Shown: positions 46,467-51,672 of the stretch, in pieces
How the letters are laid out: every line of letters starts with the position of its first letter
How positions within the stretch are numbered: the stretch's first letter is position 1
Assembly (NCBI GenBank): GCA_964448755.1
Contig: CAYUXF010000004.1
Span: 1-51,672, forward strand
DNA: 51,672 nucleotides
Origin: an uncultured bacterium
GTDB lineage: Bacteria > Margulisbacteria > Termititenacia > Termititenacales > CAYUXF01
Direction: 5' to 3'
Notes under the pieces: generated by a model
What the model saw: only the letters and a program-made list of their open reading frames with translations
Told to the model about the DNA's origin: nothing
The model's database searches: none
Position numbers and translations under genes: made by a program

Positions 46467-46787
46467 ATGAGAAACAGAAGAAAATCACTTTCTGGCGTTG
46501 TCGTCAGCAATAAAATGGCCAAAACTATTGTTGTCCGTGTTGACAATTTAGCGGCGCATGAAAAATATCAAAAGATCTACACCAAGAGCTCTAAGTTCCA
46601 TGCCCACGACGAAAAAGGCCAAGCGGGCATTGGCGACGAAGTTACTATTGTAGAGACCAGACCTTTAAGTAAGACTAAAAGATGGCGTTTGCTTTCGGTC
46701 GACAAAAAGAATATCGAAGGGACCGCCGCTCCGGAAAATGAAATAGCTGCTATAGAAGAAGAAATAAAGCAAGGAGAAAATAAGTAA
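46467..46787 (+). CDS. rpsQ: 30S ribosomal protein S17 (acidic C-terminal extension)
   Basis: [18 protein letters not shown]...KFHAHDE...[18 protein letters not shown]. Confidence 0.95.
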   Translation: MRNRRKSLSGVVVSNKMAKTIVVRVDNLAAHEKYQKIYTKSSKFHAHDEKGQAGIGDEVTIVETRPLSKTKRWRLLSVDKKNIEGTAAPENEIAAIEEEIKQGENK

Positions 46788-47173
46788 TGTTGCAGAGAGA
46801 ATCAAGAATGAAAGTTGCCGATAACAGCGGCGCTAAAGAAGCTCTAATTATGCATATTCCCGGCAGTTCTCACCGTAAACAGGTTTCTGTTGGTGAAATA
46901 GTTACCGTGGTTATTAAAAAAGCCATGCCGGACTCAGCTTCTAAAAAAGTTTTAGTAAAAAAAGCACAGGTAACTAAAGCGGTCGTTGTCCGCACCAAAA
47001 AAGAGATCATCCGCAAAGACGGCACAACTATCCGTTTTGATGATAACGCCTGTGTAATTATTGACGAAAAAAGTAAAATGCCTAAAGGTACCCGTGTTTT
47101 CGGTCCTATCGCCAGAGAGTTGAGAGATAAAGGCTACAGCAAAATTATTTCTCTGGCAGTAGAAGTATTATAA
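46787..47173 (+). CDS. rplN: 50S ribosomal protein L14
   Basis: [18 protein letters not shown]...[10 protein letters not shown]. Confidence 0.95.
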   Translation: MLQRESRMKVADNSGAKEALIMHIPGSSHRKQVSVGEIVTVVIKKAMPDSASKKVLVKKAQVTKAVVVRTKKEIIRKDGTTIRFDDNACVIIDEKSKMPKGTRVFGPIARELRDKGYSKIISLAVEVL

Positions 47174-47203
47174 CTAGATCATAAAATTTAAAGTGGTGAA
47201 AAA

Positions 47204-47527
47204 ATGGCAAATAAAATAAAAAAAGAAGACAAAGTAAAAGTTATCTACGGCAAAGAAAAAGGCAAAACTGCCAAAGTTGTTAAGCTGCTGGCCGATGAAA
47301 ATAAGCTGTTGTTAGAGAATATTAACATGGCTAAACGTCATACCAAGCCGAGCCAGAAGCACCAGGGCGGTATCATCGAGAAAGGTGTTGCGCTAGATGC
47401 TTCTAAAGTTATGCTGGTTTGTCCGGCTTGCGATAAACCAACCAGAGTTGGTTTTAAAGTGCTGACAGATAAGAACAAGAAAAAAGTTCGTGTTTGTAAA
47501 AAATGCGGCGAGAATATCGATAAGTAA
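47204..47527 (+). CDS. rplX: 50S ribosomal protein L24 (carries a CxxC...CxxC pair)
   Basis: KKEDKVKVIYGKEKGKTAKV (KOW)...HQGGIIEKG...CPACDKPTRVGFKV...VRVCKKCGENI. Confidence 0.95.
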   Translation: MANKIKKEDKVKVIYGKEKGKTAKVVKLLADENKLLLENINMAKRHTKPSQKHQGGIIEKGVALDASKVMLVCPACDKPTRVGFKVLTDKNKKKVRVCKKCGENIDK

Positions 47528-47554
47528 GAAATTAAGACAGAGGTAGAATAAAAA

Positions 47555-48100
47555 ATGATAATAGATCTTAAGAAAAAATACGAAGAAGAAATTGTACCGG
47601 CATTAATTAAAGAGTTCGGCTACAAAAATAAAATGATGGTCCCCAAGATCACTAAAATTTCTGTTAACAGACGTGTCGGTGAGGCTACACAAAATGCCAA
47701 ACTGCTCGACTCGTTTGCCGATGAGTTGGCTGCCATTACCGGTCAAAAGCCGTTAATTACTAAAGCTAAAAAATCTATCGCTACATTTAAACTGCGCGAA
47801 GGTCAGGCTATCGGCTGTGTGGTAACTTTAAGAAAAGCCAGAATGTATGACTTTCTCAATAAAGTTATCAATGTGGTTCTGCCTAAAGTGCGCGATTTCC
47901 GCGGCTTAAACAGAAACTCTTTTGACGGACGCGGCAATTATTCTTTCGGTATTAAAGAGCAGATCGTTTTTCCGGAAATTAATTATGAAAAGATCGTTAA
48001 GCTCGGCGGTATGGATGTGACAATTTGCACAACAGCTAAAAGCAATGAAGAGGCTTTTGCGCTGTTAGAAAAGATCGGCATCCCGTTCAGAAAAAAATAA
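47555..48100 (+). CDS. rplE: 50S ribosomal protein L5
   Basis: [16 protein letters not shown]...[28 protein letters not shown]. Confidence 0.95.
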   Translation: MIIDLKKKYEEEIVPALIKEFGYKNKMMVPKITKISVNRRVGEATQNAKLLDSFADELAAITGQKPLITKAKKSIATFKLREGQAIGCVVTLRKARMYDFLNKVINVVLPKVRDFRGLNRNSFDGRGNYSFGIKEQIVFPEINYEKIVKLGGMDVTICTTAKSNEEAFALLEKIGIPFRKK

Positions 48101-48133
48101 ATATTAAGTAAGCAAAGAGAGGAATATTAAAAA

Positions 48134-48319
48134 ATGGCCAAGAAATCGATGATCATTAAAGCAAAAAGAAAGCCGAAATTTTCAGCGCGTAAAATTCAGC
48201 GCTGCAGTATTTGCGGCCGGCCGCGCGGCTATATCCGTTTTTTCAGCATTTGCCGTCTTTGCTTTAGAAAACTCGCTTATGAAGGTAAGATCCCTGGCTT
48301 AAGAAAATCCAGCTGGTAG
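48134..48319 (+). CDS. rpsN: 30S ribosomal protein S14, short zinc-binding type Z
   Basis: 61 aa. [16 protein letters not shown]...[10 protein letters not shown]...CRLCFR...[11 protein letters not shown]. Confidence 0.95.
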   Translation: MAKKSMIIKAKRKPKFSARKIQRCSICGRPRGYIRFFSICRLCFRKLAYEGKIPGLRKSSW

Positions 48320-48349
48320 AAAACTGGTAGAAAAAAGGAGAGAAAGTTA

Positions 48350-48754
48350 ATGAGTGTTACAGATTCTATAGGAAATATGCTGACGATCATCAGAAATGGC
48401 AACCTCAACGGTTTTGCCGCTGTCGATGTGATCTATTCGCAAATGAGCGAAGCGATCCTCAATGTGCTGGCTAAAGAAGGGTTCATTAAAGGTTTTGAAA
48501 AATACCGCCCGGAAAAGCTTAGTTACGATAAATTAAAAGTCCATTTAAAATACGGTGCTAACGGCGAGAAAGTTCTGCATGAAATTAACAGAGTGAGCAA
48601 GCCCGGCAAACGTGTTTTCTATGAAAAAAGCGAGATCCCGCGCTTAAAGAACGGTTACGGTTTAGTTGTTTTAACCACCTCTAAAGGTGTACTGTCCGGT
48701 AGAGATGCCCGTCTGCAAAATGTCGGCGGCGAAGTTATTTGTAACGTTTGGTAG
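48350..48754 (+). CDS. rpsH: 30S ribosomal protein S8
   Basis: DSIGNMLTIIRNG...GLVVLTTSKGVLSGRDARLQNVGGEVICNVW. Confidence 0.95.
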   Translation: MSVTDSIGNMLTIIRNGNLNGFAAVDVIYSQMSEAILNVLAKEGFIKGFEKYRPEKLSYDKLKVHLKYGANGEKVLHEINRVSKPGKRVFYEKSEIPRLKNGYGLVVLTTSKGVLSGRDARLQNVGGEVICNVW

Positions 48755-48764
48755 GAGAGAATAA

Positions 48765-49310
48765 ATGAGTAGAGTAGGTAAACTTCCAGTAAAGATCCCC
48801 GCCGGTGTTGATGTTAATATAACAGAGACCGCTGGAGAAATTAAATTAAAAGTCAAAGGTCCTAAAGGTGAACTGCAAAACAGTTTTTCACCGGTAGTTA
48901 AGTTCAAAAAAGAAGCCGATGAGCTGATCTTAGAGAGAACTAACGAAGAGAAGAAAACGGTTTCCTTACACGGTACTTATCGTGCGCTGATCAGCAATAT
49001 GGTCAAAGGCGTTTCGGTTGGCTTTGAGAAAAAACTAACCTGGACCGGCGTCGGTTACAGAATGCAGGCCAAAGGTAAAGGTCTCGGTATTCAAATGGGT
49101 TATTCGCACGATGTCGATTTCCCTGCTATCGACGGCATTACTTTTAAAGTAGAAGGCGATGTCTTAACAATTGCCGGCATCGACAAACAGCTGGTTGGTC
49201 AGGTCGCGGCTAATATCCGCGAGATCCGCGGTCCAGAGCCTTATAAAGGTAAAGGTATTCGTTATGCTGAAGAACATATTATAAGAAAAGCCGGTAAGGC
49301 CGCAAAATAA
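48765..49310 (+). CDS. rplF: 50S ribosomal protein L6
   Basis: MSRVGKLPVKIPAGVDV...GVGYRMQ...RGPEPYKGKGIRY. Confidence 0.95.
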   Translation: MSRVGKLPVKIPAGVDVNITETAGEIKLKVKGPKGELQNSFSPVVKFKKEADELILERTNEEKKTVSLHGTYRALISNMVKGVSVGFEKKLTWTGVGYRMQAKGKGLGIQMGYSHDVDFPAIDGITFKVEGDVLTIAGIDKQLVGQVAANIREIRGPEPYKGKGIRYAEEHIIRKAGKAAK

Positions 49311-49323
49311 GAGGTAATAAAAA

Positions 49324-49647
49324 ATGGGAAGAATAAAATTTAAAACAGATCGAGCAAAAAAAGTACACGGAACAACAGAGCGTCCGCGTCTAGCTGTTAA
49401 AAAGAGTCTGCGTTATATCAGTGCGCAGATCATCGATGACGAAAAAGGGGTTACCCTGGCGGCGGCTGTTTCACCTAAAGGTGAGTCCAATAATATTGAA
49501 ACCGCTAAAAAGACCGGTGTTTTACTGGCCCAAAAAGCTAAAGCGGCCGGTGTTACTAAACTGGTTTTTGACAGACGGAAATATTTGTATCATGGTAAGA
49601 TCAAAGCTCTGGCCGAAGCGGTTAGAGAAGGCGGCTTAGAGTTCTAA
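49324..49647 (+). CDS. rplR: 50S ribosomal protein L18
   Basis: [20 protein letters not shown]...[28 protein letters not shown]. Confidence 0.95.
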   Translation: MGRIKFKTDRAKKVHGTTERPRLAVKKSLRYISAQIIDDEKGVTLAAAVSPKGESNNIETAKKTGVLLAQKAKAAGVTKLVFDRRKYLYHGKIKALAEAVREGGLEF

Positions 49648-49666
49648 AAAAGGAGACATTAATATA

Positions 49667-50206
49667 ATGGCAGAAAAGGAATTATTAAAATCAGATCAGC
49701 AAGAAAAGGTATTGAGCATAGACCGCGTTACTAAAGTAGTAAAGGGCGGTAAAAATATGCGCTTCAGAGCTACCGTTGTTGTTGGCGATCTGCAGGGTAA
49801 AGTCGGCATCGGCGTCAGCAAAGCGCTGGAAGTGCCTAAAGCCATCAGAAAAGCTATTGAAGATGCCAGAAAAAATCAGATCCAGATCGATCTCGGCGGG
49901 GCCACTACTATTGCCCATGACTCTACTGGCGCGTATAAAGCGGCAAAAGTTTTAATTAAGCCGGCTCGCAAAGGTACCGGTGTTATTGCCGGCGGCGCTG
50001 TCCGTGCGGTTTTGGAACTTGCCGGTGTTAAAGATATTGTTGCTAAATCACTTGGTTCCAGTTCACCTATTAATACCGCTAGAGCAACTATTAATGCTTT
50101 GAGCGCTATTACCAGCCGTGAAAAAGCAGAGGAACTCAGAGGTGTTAAGGTCTTCGTGCGTAAAAGTGAAGTGACCGAAGCTGTTATTGTTGAATCAGAA
50201 AAATAA
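49667..50206 (+). CDS. rpsE: 30S ribosomal protein S5
   Basis: [36 protein letters not shown]...[22 protein letters not shown]. Confidence 0.95.
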   Translation: MAEKELLKSDQQEKVLSIDRVTKVVKGGKNMRFRATVVVGDLQGKVGIGVSKALEVPKAIRKAIEDARKNQIQIDLGGATTIAHDSTGAYKAAKVLIKPARKGTGVIAGGAVRAVLELAGVKDIVAKSLGSSSPINTARATINALSAITSREKAEELRGVKVFVRKSEVTEAVIVESEK

Positions 50207-50248
50207 AAAATATTTATAAAAAATATATTTAAATAACGGGAGAAAAAA

Positions 50249-50731
50249 GTGTCTTTAAAGTTAAATGAATTAAAACCTAAAAAAGGTACAAGAAAAAAAA
50301 TAAGAAGGGTCGGCCGTGGTCATGCGTCTGGCTGGGGTACACAGGCCGGTCGCGGTCATAAAGGCCAAAGCTCACGCTCCGGCGGCGGTTTACCTTATGC
50401 CGGTTTTGAAGGCGGACAGAACCCTCTTTACAAGAGAATTCCCAAGTTAAAAGGTTTCCGTTCTTTTTCTACTGTTAAATTTGCAGTAATTAACGTCTCT
50501 AGTTTCGTTAAATTAAAAGAGGGTACAGTTGTTAATTTAGAAAATTTAATAGCTGCCGGCTTAATTAGAAAAGGTGCTAAATACTTAAAAGTTCTCGGTA
50601 ACGGCGAGCTTAAATCTCCTGTTACTGTTCAGGCGCATAAGGTTTCAGACGCGGCGCAGGAAAAAATAACCAAAGCTGGCGGCAAAATCGAACTTTTAAA
50701 AGTAGCTGCTGTTAAAAAAGAGGAGAAATAA
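50249..50731 (+). CDS. rplO: 50S ribosomal protein L15
   Basis: GTG start. LKLNELKPKKGTRKKIRRVGRGHASGWGTQAGRGHKGQ. Confidence 0.95.
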   Translation: MSLKLNELKPKKGTRKKIRRVGRGHASGWGTQAGRGHKGQSSRSGGGLPYAGFEGGQNPLYKRIPKLKGFRSFSTVKFAVINVSSFVKLKEGTVVNLENLIAAGLIRKGAKYLKVLGNGELKSPVTVQAHKVSDAAQEKITKAGGKIELLKVAAVKKEEK

Positions 50732-50734
50732 CCT

Positions 50735-51672
50735 TTGCTCGGTTCTCTTAAATATATATTTAAGTTACCCGATCTAAGAAAAAAAGTTCTCTGGACTTTC
50801 TTAATTATTGCTCTTACCAGGGTTGGTGTTCATATTCCGGTTCCCGGTATTGATATTGTGCAATTAAAGGCCTTGTTCTCCGGCGGCGGTTTACTGGGCT
50901 TTGTCGATCTCTTTTCCGGCGGTGCTTTAGCTAATTTTTCTATTTTTTCTATGGGTATTATTCCCTATATCAACGCCTCTATTATTATGCAGTTAATGAC
51001 CGTTGTCACACCTTCTTTAAAAGAGTTAATGGAAGAGGGTGAAGCTGGTCGTAAACAGATGGCACAGTATACCCGTTATCTCTCTATTGGGCTGGCTTTA
51101 GTGCAGTCGCTGGCGATAGCTGCCAGTTTTCGCGGCCTTATTCTACCAGGCCATTCGCCGTCATTGTTCATTTTCTCGGCGGCTGTTTCGCTGGTTGCCG
51201 GTACCGCTTTAGTTATGTGGCTGTCAGAATTAATTACCGAGCACGGCATTGGTAACGGTGCCTCTATTGTTATTTTTACCGGTATCATTTCCAGTATGCC
51301 TTCTTATCTGGCCAGAACTATAACTTTGGTTAAAGGCGGCACATCTGTTTTTAATGTCCTGGCGCTTTTAGCGGTCTTGGTTTTTGTGATCATCGGCATT
51401 ATTATTATTCAGGGCGGTGAGCGTCGCATCCATGTGCAGTATGCTAAGCGCATTGTCGGCAATAAAATGTACGGCTCACAGGCTACGTATATTCCCTTAA
51501 AAATTAATCAGGGTGGCGTTCTCCCTATGATCTTTGCCGCTTCTGTCCTCATGTTCCCGGCTATGCTGTCTAAAGTTTTTCCCTTTATGCAGGGGCTGGC
51601 TGAGGCCATGTATCCCGGCCGTTTTTTATATATGTTCGTTTTTGCGTTGTTAATTTTCTTCTTTACTTATTT
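50735..51672 (+). CDS. secY: Preprotein translocase subunit SecY (5' partial, runs off the window)
   Basis: Not in the ORF track because no stop lies in the window. Hand translation from TTG 50735, with AGGAG 8 nt upstream, gives MLGSLKYIFKLPDLRKKVLWTFLIIALTRVGVHIPVPGID...FSMGIIPYINASIIMQLM, the SecY N-terminus. Confidence 0.9.
   Translation, partial: MLGSLKYIFKLPDLRKKVLWTFLIIALTRVGVHIPVPGIDIVQLKALFSGGGLLGFVDLFSGGALANFSIFSMGIIPYINASIIMQLMTVVTPSLKELMEEGEAGRKQMAQYTRYLSIGLALVQSLAIAASFRGLILPGHSPSLFIFSAAVSLVAGTALVMWLSELITEHGIGNGASIVIFTGIISSMPSYLARTITLVKGGTSVFNVLALLAVLVFVIIGIIIIQGGERRIHVQYAKRIVGNKMYGSQATYIPLKINQGGVLPMIFAASVLMFPAMLSKVFPFMQGLAEAMYPGRFLYMFVFALLIFFFTY

Noticed and set aside
1-51672. 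Scan for CRISPR arrays, rRNA genes, IS elements, integrases, toxin-antitoxin pairs and long direct or inverted repeats.
   Set aside because: No regularly spaced direct repeats were seen, and no transposase, integrase or recombinase motifs appear in any listed ORF. The only RNA gene found by eye is tRNA-Trp. A computational repeat search could still reveal short repeats I missed.

Overview
AT-rich bacterial window with no rRNA, CRISPR array, transposase or integrase. By inference only, the source is probably an uncultivated, anaerobic, diderm lineage. It has three parts. (1) 1-19.9 kb is a visibly lower-GC accessory biosynthetic island. Hand counts of single 60-nt lines gave 17-40% GC here against 38-50% in the ribosomal region. 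The island has a minus-strand ACP / KS / KS-like partner / CrtI-like FAD oxidoreductase operon. Divergent from it is a plus-strand operon of two GNATs, a CmoA-family carboxy-SAM synthase, a second SAM methyltransferase, a Cys-rich U32-like protein, a 191-aa protein with striking aromatic-X-Asn/Asp tripeptide repeats, an 87-aa zinc-ribbon protein and a radical-SAM/SPASM maturase. Next come a 1556-aa fusion protein (GT2-GT2-GT2-GT4-U32-like) with a TPR partner. They are followed by a sub-operon of U32 protein, PP-loop ATPase and second radical SAM, and a further GT-B-like protein. (2) 20-27.4 kb is housekeeping and envelope: a secreted tandem CBM-like protein, proC, yggT, a DUF167 gene, rarA, a Cys-less TlpA-like thioredoxin fold, PilN-like and PilO-like genes, a short secretin, and an orphan AT-rich ORF. 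(3) 27.5-51.7 kb is one contiguous transcription/translation super-operon: rpmG, tRNA-Trp, secE, nusG, rplKAJL, rpoBC, rpsLG, fusA, the S10 and spc clusters, and the 5' part of secY. It lacks tuf and rpmD at their usual positions. The best candidate for an undescribed system is the island. It joins a putative ribosomally made substrate and SPASM maturase with dedicated acyl-chain synthesis, GNATs, carboxy-SAM chemistry, up to three U32-type (O2-independent hydroxylase family) modules and five glycosyltransferase domains. All functional calls come from motif recognition by eye; no database search was possible.
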